Positions 49,785 to 63,059 of a DNA stretch of 64,000 bases are shown one piece after another. Numbering within the stretch: the stretch's first letter is position 1; every line of letters starts with the position of its first letter. The position numbers and the translations under genes are program-made. Source of the stretch: Schmidtea polychroa (taxonomy: Eukaryota); NCBI GenBank assembly GCA_044892525.1, contig CM097885.1, positions 19,160,001 to 19,224,000 of the forward strand, given 5' to 3'. Under the pieces are notes generated by a model, which was given only the letters and a program-made list of their open reading frames with translations, was not told where the DNA came from and did no database searches.

Positions 49785-50691
49785 ATGTATTGAAAATTTC
49801 AGGACCATGGAGACCCCTTTACTATAGTCAGAAAATTCTATGCTTTTTAGTGTAGATCTTTTTACGTATTGAAAGTATCAGGTTCCAACGAGAGCTGCTA
49901 ACTATAGTCAGAAAAATCCTGGCTTTTTTCTATAGGCCCCTTTATTTGTATTGAAAAAAATATGAGTAGCTCCCTGTCGCAATGGCCTTATTTCTATAGG
50001 GTGTTATAGGTTCTTAATAATTGTCTATTTATTGTTAAATTATAGTTTTTTTATGTTGGTCACGTCTGTTGGCGCAAGTTTTTTTTTAAGAAAAAAAGAT
50101 AAAAAAACTATAAAATTCCACCATGGTAAATTATCGCTATACAAAAATCAAATAATCCATATACAAAAATTAATTAAAATATTCAAAAATATTAAAAAAC
50201 TTAAACCAATTTGTTTTGTGTAAAATTTGAAAGATTGGAAAATATTTTTTTGGGAATCTTTGTTTTCTACTGATTGTAATTAAAATTATTGTTGAAGACA
50301 AATAAAAAAATTAATTTATTTAAAAAGGATTTGATAAAATACAATGAAGAATACTTAGTTGGTTGTAAGTAGCTATTTGTAAGTAGCTATATCTATTGGT
50401 TTGATAGTTAGTACTTGGTATCTAGTGGTTAGCTGTTAGTAAGAAGTACATAGTTGTTAGTATTTAGTACCTAGTTGGTTGCTTGTTGTTGGTTGACCTT
50501 TTAGATTTTGACGAGAATATAAAAAATAATCTACTTACTGAATTAAGAAGAGCTTATTATAAGCAAATACTTGATGAATAAATTTTGTTAAGAGTTTTAT
50601 TGTTTTTATTTTTTGTGTATGTATGTGGTTGTTAGTACGTGGAAGCTAATATCTGGTTGTAAGTACTTGGTTTTTGAATTATTATTATTAC

Positions 50692-50764
<73 letters not shown>

Positions 50765-52260
50765 ATCGTTATTAATATTTTAATATTATTATCATTGAAA
50801 TTTGTATTTAAATTTGTCTTTAAAAATTATTTCATAAAGATTTCCATTAAAAATTTTCTTTTAAAATCTTTCATAAAAACTTTCATTTAAATTTGACTTT
50901 AAAAATTATTTAATAAAACTTTCATTAAAAAATTACATTCTGAAAAAAGTTGGTAGTTATTCAATTTATTAATAATAAATTTAAAAATTATTACTTTAAT
51001 TTACTTATTTTAAAAATTATTACTTTATTTACTTATTTAAAAATTATTACTTTAATTTACTTATTAACTTTAATTTAAAATTTTAGACCATTGATTACTT
51101 AATTAAAATATTTGGACCTTAATTTACTTTAATTCAACCCTTTATTGACTTACCTTTGTTTACCAAATATTACTTTAATTTATTTATTTATCCTTCATTT
51201 ACCTATTTATCCTTGTATTACTTAATTTAACATTTTACAACATAATTTACTTAACAACCGCATAACCCTTATTTACATATTTAACCAATAATTTGATGCT
51301 GTGAATGATTTATTAACAAAGATTTACATCTAAAATTGACTCTGAAAATTATTTCAAAAGAATTTCAATCTAAAATTGACTTTGAAAAATAATTCATTAA
51401 AACTTTCATCAAAAAATTAAATTTCTCAAAAAAGTTGGTGGTTATTCTATCTTTTTGTAAATAAATTTAAAATTCTTATTTTAATTTACTTATATATAAA
51501 AATTTTTACTTTCATTTAAAATTTTAAACTTTAATTATCTTATTTATAAAATTCTTGACCAATGATTACTTAATTTTAAAAATTAGCCTTTAATTTACCT
51601 AATTAACTTAATTAACTTAACCATTGATTTACTTTAATTTAAAATTTTAGACCCTAACTTACTTTCTTTTAAAATTTAGACCTTAATTTACTTATTTGAG
51701 CCCTTAATTTGCTTTAATTTAATTTTTTAGACCATATTTACTTTAATTAATTGAGCCCTTAATTTACTGTAATTTAATTTTTTAGCCAATTATTTACTTT
51801 ACTTATTTGAGCCTATATTTTACTTTATTTTAAAATTTGAACCTTAATTTACTTTAATTTTAAATTTTAAACCCATAATTTAAATATTTATTCTCAATTT
51901 ACCATGCCTTTTAGTGTAGATTGATATTTGTATTGAAAATCCCAGGGCCAAGGAGACCCATCTTAATTGTATTTGGAAAATTCCATGCTTTTTTAATGAA
52001 GACCTTCTTTTTCTATTGAAATTCTCAGCACCAAGGAGACCCACCTTAATTTATTCAGAAAAAACCTTGCTTTTTAACGAGAATTAAATTTTGTATTGAA
52101 AATTCCAGAACCAAGGAGACCCCCTCACTATAGTCAAAGAAATCCTTTGCAATTTTAATGAAGACCCTCTTTTTCTATTGAAATTCTCAGCACCAAGGAG
52201 ACCCACCTTAATTTACTTGGAAATATCCATGCCTTTTTTATTGAAGACTGATATTTTGAT
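49785..52260 (-). mobile_element. Relic terminal/subterminal sequence of the second Maverick family
   Basis: About 50535-52260 is a diverged reverse complement of about 53760-54610 (e.g. AAGAGCTTATTATAAGCAAATA vs TATTTGCTTGTAATAAGCTCTT); about 82-bp units ATTGAAA..CAG..CCAAGGAGACCC at 51930-52250 and 49785-49945. Confidence 0.7.
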
Positions 52261-54628
52261 TGTTTCCAATTAGCTAATTAAATTTTTAATTAATTTTAGT
52301 TTCTTGTAATTATTTCCTTCTAAAGACCTCCATTAACTTTAGTTTTATTTATCCCAGTGTTCAGCATCCATCCATACCAGTTTCCCCTGAAAATATTCAT
52401 TTTTAATTTTTTTGATTTTTAATTAATATTGTTGTACTTTAAATTATTATTGTGAATTTGATGTTTTTATTGATTTTCACTTTGGTTTTGTGTCTCATTG
52501 AACCTCAACAATTATAAGTTGGTAAATTTTCAATCTCAAAAGATCAAAACTAAAAAGTTAAAATCATAAATAAAATCCAAAATTAAAGGGAACTAAAAGT
52601 TTTAAAGAAATATTTTTTTAATTAATTTAATATTAAGTAATTTTTAAAATTTATATAATATTTTTTATAATTAATTTTAATTATTAATAATTATTATTAA
52701 TATATTTTCTTTCATAAAATTTCATTGTGAAATTATATGAAACAATAGATTCGTAAAAATTCGATTTCTATTATTTACTTTGGCGTCATATTGCGATGAA
52801 AAATGCAAACAAATATTTCAATTGAAATAATTTTTCACGATTACAAAAATACATATTGAAGGTCATTGTCAAAGAATTGACCATATTTTCAGAATAAATA
52901 TTCTTTAAATAAATAATGATTTTACATTTTAGAAACAAATAAATTGGATAATATTATTGTAAAAGTAAAATTGATAAAAACATTTAAATTTAATTTTTGT
53001 TTAAATAAGTTATTTATTAATTTTCTACTGACTATTTGTTAGAAATATAAATGTATTTTTCTTAATTTATTTTTAAAAAATCGGCATTTATTTGAACTTT
53101 TTAAATAATGGTAAAGAAAAATATTAAACTACATTTTGTTTGATTTTAACTATAGATTGTTATTTTAAAATTTCCCTCGTCAGTAAAAATCAAACGGATT
53201 AAAATTATATATAAATATATATTTCATAATTATATGTAAAATCATTATTTTCTCACTTTGATCTATTTTCAAATTAATTTTATTTGTATTTATTTTTTGA
53301 CTGTAAATCAATGTACAATATTTATCACAACCTTTCAATTTTTTTGTTGAATATAAATCAATTTTATATTCCTCAGTTGTTTCACAATTGATCTGTTTTC
53401 ATTTAATATTTTATTTATTTTCATAACTACTGTGAGGTGTTTTTAATAGCTTATATTAAACCATTATTGAATAATTGTATGTTAAAATTCTTATTCACTA
53501 ATTATTATTTTAGAAAAAACTTCATAAATTAACGATTTGTTTTAATATTGTTGTTATTAAATAAACATTATTTAAATTAATCTTATATTATGAATTTTAT
53601 TAATATAAGAAGTGAGTAGGTAGTTAGTAGCCTACGGGAACAATTACCCCCCCGCCAGCTGGTGGGGAGGGGGTAAATATTGTTCCCGTAATATTTTTAC
53701 GCTTTTTGATTACGCAATTGTTCCCGCAGGATACACATATTTTTTTCAATACATTTAGATAGGCCCTAGAGAAAAAGGCCCAGTATTATTCAGACTATAG
53801 TGAGGGGTTCTCCTTGGTCCTGGGATTTTCAATAGAAATTTGAATTACCACTAAAAAAGCATGTAATTTTTAGACTATAGTGAGGGGGTCACCTTGATCT
53901 TGGGATTTGCAATACAAAAAGGTGGTACTCAATAAAAAGCGTGGTAAATTTTAGAATTAAAGTAAATTATGGGTTCTGATTTTTGAATTACAGTAAATAA
54001 TGGTCAAAATTTTTAAAATATGGGTCTAAAAAATGAAATAAAGTAAATTATGGTCCAAATTTTTAAATTAAAGTAAATTAAGGTTCAAATAAGTAATTTA
54101 AGGTTCAAATTTTAAAATTAAAATAAATTAGGTTCAGATTTTTGAATTAAAGTTAATTATGGTCCAAATTTTAAAATTAAGTAATCAATGGTCAATTATT
54201 TTAATTTAAAGTTAAATAAGTAAATTAAAGTAATAATTTTTAAATAAATAAAGTATTAAGTAATTAAAGTAAGATTTTAAAATTTATTAACAAAAAGTTG
54301 GAATAATAGTCGGTGATTGAGAATTGAAATTTTTTAATGAAATTTTTTATGAAATAATTTTTTAAGTCAATTTTTAATGGAATAATAATAATAATAATAA
54401 TAGTAATAATAATAGTAATAATAATAGTTATAATAATAATATTATTATTTCAACCAAATACATAAAAATTCACTAAACACATAAAAAAATAACTAGACAC
54501 ATAACAAAACACATAAAAATTATCTAAACACATAAAAAGAACAAAAGTAAAGATATAAAATTTATTTATCCAATATTTGCTTGTAATAAGCTCTTCCTAA
54601 TTCTGCAGTAAAATATGAACAATTTCTT

Positions 54629-54910
54629 TCATCTTATATTCTTGGCAGCATCTCTATACCTTAACGGACATGGTAATTTCATTAGATCCGTACATACTTC
54701 ACAATCATCTATGCATTTAAATCTTGATTCTTTGACAGATTCGTAATGCCTTCGTATAATTTCTTCTATATTGATCATCGTTAATTGTTTGATTCTATAA
54801 GCTAATAATTCGGGAGCGCAATACGAAAGTCTATTATTTATATTCAGGAACAATTCTTCCATCTTTGTTAATATTGTTTGGAATATATATGCTTGCTTAT
54901 CGTCATCCAT
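54629..54910 (-). CDS. Hypothetical protein with a Cys cluster
   Basis: 93-aa ORF with AAAAAATG start and CIDDCEVC...PCP; directly downstream of the TBP-like gene; no family recognised. Confidence 0.5.
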   Translation of the reverse strand: MDDDKQAYIFQTILTKMEELFLNINNRLSYCAPELLAYRIKQLTMINIEEIIRRHYESVKESRFKCIDDCEVCTDLMKLPCPLRYRDAAKNIR

Positions 54911-54974
54911 TTTTTGAATTTATGTTTGTGTAGATATTCAGTTAATTTAAACACAATTAATTAAATTAATTAAA

Positions 54975-55421
54975 TTAACTTAATAAATATTCCAATATTT
55001 CTTCATTTGTTGTGATATTTATAGTTATTGATTTAATGAATTTCTGAATTTCTTGAATTTGATTAAAATAATCAAATCTTTTAATTCCTAATATAACCAC
55101 TTTACCGATTGAAAAAACATTTACACATAGAGGGTTATACTTAAGAATACGTAAAGCTGGAAATATTTCAGGCTCGTAGTAACTATCGGTTTGCATTGAC
55201 AATGCATTTAAATCAATGCATGTACCGATATCTAACGTTAATGTAATTGATTGGATTTGTAAATCCTTAATCTGATGTTTGAGATCACCTTCTTGTAATG
55301 GTTTCTTACACCCCATTATCTTACATTTCCCACTTCTGTCCACAACATGTTGAGGTTTTCCTAATGGGAACTTCTTTCCATTTACTATGCATCTTCCTCT
55401 ATAATTAATGTTGCTAATCAT
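54975..55421 (-). CDS. TATA-binding-protein-like protein
   Basis: IQSITLTLDIG..IDLNAL...YEPEIFPALRI..NPLCVNVFSIGKVVILGIK aligns with TBP repeat 2 (YEPELFPGLIYR...LIFVSGKVVLTGAK); ISNINY and SGKCKIMGCK correspond to a shortened repeat 1. Confidence 0.82.
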   Translation of the reverse strand: MISNINYRGRCIVNGKKFPLGKPQHVVDRSGKCKIMGCKKPLQEGDLKHQIKDLQIQSITLTLDIGTCIDLNALSMQTDSYYEPEIFPALRILKYNPLCVNVFSIGKVVILGIKRFDYFNQIQEIQKFIKSITINITTNEEILEYLLS

Positions 55422-55469
55422 TCTAATTATTCTAATTATAAACAAATTAAATTAAATAATTTAATTAAA

Positions 55470-55697
55470 ATGGACTTAAGAAATGACGCGGTATATCAAA
55501 TTGTAGGACCTAGTGGAAGCGGGAAAACTTTATTTGCATATAATTTTTACAATCAAACATGTTTAGAAAATCTTCAGACTATAGTTGTTAAAAATCTTCC
55601 AAGTGTTTCGAAAAAAATTAACAAGAAAACAAAACGTACAAAGAAAACAAAAAGTTCGAAAAATAAGAAAGAAATCAAGAAGTGGATCAAATTATAA
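55470..55697 (+). pseudogene. Truncated packaging ATPase N-terminus fused by deletion to a basic tail
   Basis: IVGPSGSGKT Walker A with no Walker B; continues into a lysine-rich segment ending KWIKL. Confidence 0.7.
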
Positions 55698-55929
55698 ACA
55701 ATCCGTCGCGTTAATTAATAATAATAATGAAATTTGAACGAAGTTTACCATATTTTAATGCTTTAATAAAGGCACGAAATTCGAAACAAATATCGATTTT
55801 ACAGTCTTTTCCATCATTTGTTATTGATGATTTGCTTGAAGTTATTATAAATGTTGTCAGTGGTAATGTAAATATAACTAAAGCTAAAAGATTAGTATTG
55901 CAAAGACATAAAAGATCACTTTTATAATA

Positions 55930-56160
55930 TATGAGGAAGTTTTATGATGAAGAAATTTTTAAATTGAAAATTTTAAAAATTAAATTTTAGATTAATTTTT
56001 AAAAAAAATAAGAAGATATTTTAATTAAAAATATCTTCGTAGAAAATTTGTTTGAATAAGAAAGTTTAAAGAAGACATAATTTGATACTGATATTTACTG
56101 AAATAAAATTTATGGAAGCAAAAACTGATTTTAATGTTTTACAGGATGAACCTCCTAATA
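55930..56160 (+). repeat. 5' LTR
   Basis: TATGAGGAAG...CCTCCTAATA, 231 bp. Confidence 0.93.
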
Positions 56161-57206
56161 TGGTGGCAGCGGTAAACACTGACGCAATCACCGAAAGATT
56201 GCTACCAAAGGTATTCTGCCAAGGTGACGACTTGGAAAAGTTCAATAAAAGATGCGAAATTTATTTCGACGCCAAGGGAATCACGCAGAAGAAAGATCAG
56301 GAAAGATTAACATCTTGCATGATTGATGAGGACCTCCTGGAAGTGTATGCCAAAACACTGAAAAAAGCCGAAGGATTCCAGGCTAGGTTGCGATTAGCAA
56401 TAGATCGCGAAAGAGATGTTTTAAAGGATCTACAAAACTTGTTAAATTACAAGCGGAAGGGTGAAGAAATAGAAACGTATTTTAAAAAGGTGGAGGACCT
56501 TGTTGATAGGTTGTTTGAAAATAAAGAATTTACCAAAGAGAAATTAACAGCAAGGATGTTAATAGTATGTGCGGAGAATAAAGAAATTGAGAAAGAAGTG
56601 ATACATCGGAAGTTAAAAAGCACAGAAGAAATAAAGGAAACACTAATTCTGATGGACAAAGTAGACAAGCAAAGAGATCAGATAAACAGCATGAAAAGTT
56701 ACGCCAGAGTGGTCTATCAGGAACCACAGAGAAGAGTACAATACAAGAAGAAAGAACAGAGAGAAGAAAGTATCCGAAGAGAAATGCCAGAATGCTGGTT
56801 ATGTCACAAAATAGGACACACGAAAATTGATTGTCCAATAAAAGGTAAAATAGAATGCTGGACATGTCATAGAAGCGGACATATAAGTAGAAACTGTCCA
56901 GATAAAAAAGCTCCAAGATGTTTTGGGTGTGGGAAAGAAGGTCATATAAGAAGATTGTGTCAGGAAATACGTTGTGAAAGATATAGCAGAAATGGTCATT
57001 GATCCGAGGAGTGTTATACAAAGATGAGGTACGGGAGAGCGACGGAGAGACAAAGATTCACGGGAAACAGATACAGTCGGATAAATGGTATCGAGGAAGA
57101 AGAAGAAAGGGAATCGTGTGTAGAGACAAATGAAGATAATTTTAGGAAGACGTACCCAAACAACAGGGCTCCACCAGTAGAGGAGTTGGTTGGAGCCATA
57201 TTCTAA
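56160..57206 (+). pseudogene. gag: Gag with CCHC zinc knuckles, premature stop
   Basis: CWLCHKIGHTKIDC, CWTCHRSGHISRNC, CFGCGKEGHIRRLC and a damaged fourth knuckle; TGA at 57000-57002, same frame continues to 57206. Confidence 0.88.
56161..56173 (+). promoter_or_regulatory. Primer-binding site (tRNA-Leu)
   Basis: TGGTGGCAGCGGT directly after the LTR is complementary to the ...ACCGCTGCCA-CCA 3' end of metazoan tRNA-Leu. Confidence 0.8.
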
Positions 57207-60200
57207 CAGAAAATTTGATGGGATATCCTCAAAGGGCAGAAAAGTGGGAGAATGTTGGAAGGGTAAGCGAGAAAGTATACAGGTTCCTAAAGAGAGAAAT
57301 GTTTGAAGAGGAAGTGGAAAGAATTGGAACCATTGAAACGGAGCAGGTTGTTGAAATTTTGTATAACAAAATGCAAGAAAGGCCTAGTATAACAGTAACG
57401 ATGAATGGGGAAAATTTCGACTGTTTATTAGACACGGGTGCAAGAATCAATGTAATGAGTGTGAACTGTTTTAACAAGCTACGAGGACAACAATTGACGA
57501 AAAGTGACGATAAGTTACGATGCGCAAACGAGAGTACGATCGAGACAATAGGAAAAACAAAGGTGCAAGTAACCATTGGAAATGTTTCGAAGGAAGTTAT
57601 ATTCATTGTGGCGGAGAAAGTGACACCAGATGTGATTGGAGGAATCGAATTACAAGAAACATTTGGATTTAGACTGTTAAAAATTAAAGATATCGAGGAT
57701 AGTGAAAAAGACAAGAACTATATTTGTAACATTGAAGCAAAATTTGGCAGAAAAATAAAGGATGAAGAACGATTGATACGAGCGTTGGAACAGTTAAAGA
57801 TCAATGAAGATAGCAAATTAAAGGAAATTATAACAAACAGTGGAAACGTGTTTATGGCAGATAAATGGGATGTGGGTCGCACACATTTGGTAAAACACAA
57901 GACAGTTACAAGAGGTGAGCCGATAAACATAAAACCATATCGCCAACCACTAAATTTGGAATCAAAGATTGAAGAAGCAATACAAAATTTGTACGAAAAT
58001 GGAATTATACGGAAATGTAACTCTCCATGGAATACACCGCTAATATGTGTATGAAAAAAAGAGAAAAAGGATATTAGACTATGCTTAGACTTTAGACAGC
58101 TGAACGCGGTAACAGAGAATAAGGCATTTCCAATGCCAAACATAGACGAGATGTTGGATTTGTTAGGAGGATCCGTCTTTTTCAGCTCAATCGATCTAGG
58201 TAATGCATATTACCAAGTGGAACTAGAAGAAGAATCACAGGAGAAAACAGCTTTCTCAACAAAGAACGGACGATATTGTTTCAACAGAATGCCGTTTGGA
58301 ATTGCAGCAGCACCAGGTACGTTCCAAGAAATGATGACAAAAGTATTAGGCAAAATAAAAGGAGCAATGGTGTATTTGGACGACATCTTGATTTATTCAA
58401 GCAGGAAAGAGAAACACTATACAATACTCGGAGAAGTGTTAAAGGCGATTGAGGAAGCAGGCCTAAGGATTATTCCAGAAAAATGCCAAATAATAAAGGA
58501 AGAAATCAGATTCTTAGGACACATAATCAGCAGGGAAGGAGTACAGACAGATCCATCTAAAATTCAGGCCATACAGAACTTTGGGAAGCCTAATTGCGTA
58601 AAGAAACTCCGAAGCTTTTTTTTGCAATTATTATAGAAGATTCATCAGTGATTATGCAAAGAAGGCAAGGATGTTAGAACAATTATGTAGCGGACCAAGT
58701 AACAAAAAATTAGAATGGAGTGAAGGAACGAATAGCGTGTTTGAGGGATTGAAATTAGCACTCACGACGGCGCCAATCTTATGTTTTCCGGATCTGAAAA
58801 AGGAGTTCATTTTAGATACCGACGCTAGTTTCGATACCATTGGAGCAGTACTTTCACAAAGAGATAAAGATGGAAAGGAAAGAGTAATTGCGTATGGATC
58901 ACACTCGATGACGAGCCACGAGAAAGGATATTGTATTACAAGAAAGGAACTATTGGCGGTATATTATTTTTACATTCATTTTAAGCACTATCTCTACGGA
59001 AGAAGATTCACGCTCAGGACAGACCACAAGGCAATCACGTTTATGATGACAACCAAGAAGCCGATTACTTCACAATTCCAAACATGGATCAATTATTTGA
59101 GCAGTTTAGATATAAGAGTAGAATACAGAAAGGGTATTAATCACCAAAATGCAGACATGGTGTCGAGAATTAAATGTGACACGTGTGTTCAATGTCAAAT
59201 GGCCCACGAAGAAGCTAAGAAAGGAAAGATAAAAACCAGATTACTAGACTCGATGTGAGAAGAAGGAAGAAGCAACATCCAACATGGAATTGTAGAAGAA
59301 GTACGAAAGAAAACGATGATACCTGAAAATGAGTTACAAGAAACAATAAAGGAAATACATAGACTATTGTGTCATGCTGGAGTCGAGAAGATAGCCGATT
59401 ATATGAAAGATAGATATGTTGGAAAACACCTGTGGAGTCAGATTCAGGAAATTGTTCGAAGTTGTGAGATTTGTCAAAAAACCAAGGCTTTAACAATAAC
59501 AACGAAAGAACCAGTAAAAAAACAAGATTCGAAGGAAATGTTCGAAATTATATTCGTGGATATATGTGGACCGTTGACAGAAACAAAAGGACGTAAGAAG
59601 TATATATTGGGCATAATAGATCAGTATAGTAAGTATCAAGTCTTGACAGCGATAACAAAACAAGACGAAGAAACAATAAAGAAAACGATTTTAGAAAAGT
59701 GGATTTTAAGATTTGGATGCCCAAAGGAGATAAGAGTTGATCGCGGAAAGGCGTTTGAATCAGGAATGATGAGAGAATTCACAAAGATGCTAGATATTAA
59801 ATTATGTTTTTCGAGTCCATACCATCACCAAACAAACGGTCAGATAGAAAGACAATTCAGGACAATACGGGATTTGATAAATGCTACTTTACAGGATAGA
59901 AAGAAAACGGATTGGGCAGAGATATTACCAGAAGTCGAATTCACTTTAAATGTAACCAAACAAAAAACGACAGGGAAAAGCCCGACAGAGATAGTTTTTG
60001 GAAAAAGGATTAGCAGGGAAAAATGGTACGGGTCCAAAGAAATACCGATAAAGGAAGAACTAGAAGAACAAACAAGGAGAAAATTCAATGTAGGAGAAGA
60101 AGTATTAGTAAAAGTAGAAACACGCCACAAAGGCCAGGACAGGTATGAAGGTCCGTACAAAGTAATAGAGAAAGTGCTTGACAGACGATACATCTTAAGA

Positions 60201-60269
60201 AATGAAGATGGAAAAAGGATCGAAAGAAATGTGGAAAAACTTAAAAATTTCTTAAGAAGGGGGATATGA
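57155..60269 (+). pseudogene. pol: Pol polyprotein (protease, RT, RNase H, integrase), disrupted
   Basis: LLDTGA, MPFGI, YLDD, TDAS, RTDHKA, H..H..CEIC, FVDICG / VDRG / IERQFRT; stops at 58052-58054 and 59256-59258, frameshift near 58620. Confidence 0.93.
60254..60264 (+). promoter_or_regulatory. Polypurine tract
   Basis: AAGAAGGGGGA immediately 5' of the 3' LTR. Confidence 0.85.
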
Positions 60270-60496
60270 GGAAGTTTTATGATGAAGAAATTTTTAAATT
60301 GAAAATTTGAAAAATTAAATTTTAGATTAATTTTTAAAAAAAAATAAGAAGATATTTTAATTAAAAATATCTTCGTAGAAAATTTGTTTAAATAAGAAAG
60401 TTTAAAGAAGACATAATTTGATACTGATATTTACTGAAATAAAATTTATGGAAGCAAAAACTGATTTTAATGTTTTACAGGATGAACCTCCTAATA
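60265..60496 (+). repeat. 3' LTR
   Basis: 232-bp direct copy of 55930-56160. Confidence 0.93.
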
Positions 60497-60719
60497 TAAT
60501 ATATAAACAAAAAGGAGGGTTCTTGGGTGCATTAATTCCTATAGTCTTCTCTGCAATTAGTGCAATCTCATCATTCAGTTCTTAATGGGTATCAAGAGTT
60601 CATTACCAAATAAAAATATTGTAGATTTTAATATTTTGACAACGTGTTGTAATAATGAAGAAAACGTATCACAAAATAAAAACGGAAAAAGTGAAAAAGG
60701 TGAAAACAAACGAGAAAAT

Positions 60720-62107
60720 AAAAGAGAAAAAGTTCAAAACAATATGGACAAACCCAAAAGATCCAGATGATTTTTGGTGGTGTAGAAAAATTAACAAAAC
60801 GAGTGAATAATTCAAAGAAAGAAACTCAGAAATGATTATCTAATCAATTAGCATATAGTTTAAATAAACCAAACCAATGTTGAAACGTTTTCCAACAAGA
60901 CCATACAAAACAATTGGAAACAATGATGTATGTCAGGGCTGTCCAAAGTCGGGAAATCAGAGGGCCACAATGCAAAAAAAAACTATTCGGGGGCCGCACA
61001 CAATGCAAAGAATTTTTATCTAAAATAAATGTCTAAGGATAGCAAAACGCCTGCCTGTACGGAAATTTTGGACTCAACACCTTCAGTTGTTACTAATGTA
61101 TACTCTGGCGCTTGTTTTGAATTCATTGGATATTTCTGTCTGCACGGCCTGTCTTAGGACCGCACACCAAAATTAAAAAATGATATTATGTTAATAATTA
61201 ATTGTACTAATGTTTAAGAAATATTATATGGTAAATATTTGATATTAGATATTGTATGGCAAATGGATTTGATGGAAATGATACTTTATTCAAAAATTAA
61301 CAAGGGTTACAAATATATTTTGACTTGTATTGATGTTTTTAATAAATATGCTCGTACTGTTCCTACAAAAACGAAATCTGCAAATGAAATGGCTGATGCG
61401 ATAAAAGAAATGTTTGAAGATGGTAAACCTATTAATTTAAAAACCGATTTAGGTAATTAAATTTAATTAATTAATTTTTAAATATTTTATTTAGGTAAAG
61501 AATTTTATAACAGCAAAGTTAAAGAGGTTATCAAAGGAATAAACCATTACCCTGTATTTTCTCAGTTCTAAGCTGCTCATGTAGAACGATTTAATCGAAC
61601 TTTAAGAGAAAGATTGAAAAAATATTTTGTATATCAAGTTAATAAAACTTATATAAATGTTTAGCCAAAAATTATTTTCAGTTACAATCATTCGCCACTA
61701 GGGTTAAAAGGACAAACACCTGTTGATTTTACTAAAAAACAAACAAAGATAGAAAAAATCAATAAACCAAAATACAAGGTTGGTGATCATGTAAGAATTA
61801 GTAAAATAAATTCTTCACCATTCATCAAAAACTTTGATAATAATTTGAGTGATGAAGTATATCAAATTTTGAAAATCAATACAAAGCAGAATCCTGTCAT
61901 GTATGTGATAGTTGATCATGAAAACAAACCAATCACTGGTAAATTCTACGAACAAGAACTCTAAGTTATTCCTGCTCCTACAATATTTAGAATTCAAAGG
62001 ATTTTAAAAACCAAAAAAGATGGTAAATATAAACAATACTATGTTAAATGGCACGGATATGAAACTCCAATTTGGATATCCGAAAATCAATTGATTAAAT
62101 ATATATT

Positions 62108-62111
<4 letters not shown>
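60720..62111 (+). pseudogene. Maverick integrase with C-terminal chromodomain, decayed
   Basis: WTNPKDP..GGVEKL, VWQMDL, LTCIDVF, TDLG|KEFYN (after removing a 42-nt intron), VERFNRTL, KYKVGDHVRISK, GKFYEQEL, YYVKWHGY..WISENQL; several stops and an insertion at about 60934-61252. Confidence 0.88.
60934..61252 (+). mobile_element. Truncated hAT-like MITE inserted in the integrase
   Basis: Begins CAGGGCTGTCCAAA with GGGCCACA/GGGCCGCA subterminal motifs; interrupts the integrase at DVW (TGTATG on both sides); no matching right TIR. Confidence 0.55.
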
Positions 62112-63032
<921 letters not shown>

Positions 63033-63059
63033 TACATTTTTATAGTAGTAACCAATCGG

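Larger units (their letters stand above)
55930..60496 (+). mobile_element. Full-length Ty3/Gypsy LTR retrotransposon (defective)
   Basis: Direct LTRs 55930-56160 and 60265-60496 (2 substitutions and 1 indel), 5-bp TSD TAATA, PBS, PPT, domain order gag-PR-RT-RNase H-IN. Confidence 0.96.
55727..60585 (+). pseudogene. pX-like core protein gene split by the Gypsy insertion
   Basis: 5' part ...LLEVIINVVSGNVNIT...RHKRSLL (55727-55927); after the LTR element the sequence resumes YKQKGGFLGALIPIVFSAISAI (about 60502-60585). Confidence 0.7.

Noticed and set aside
56082..56159. Upstream extension of gag given by the ORF track
   Set aside because: It lies inside the 5' LTR; the first ATG at the LTR/PBS junction is preferred, although a start at the LTR ATG cannot be excluded.
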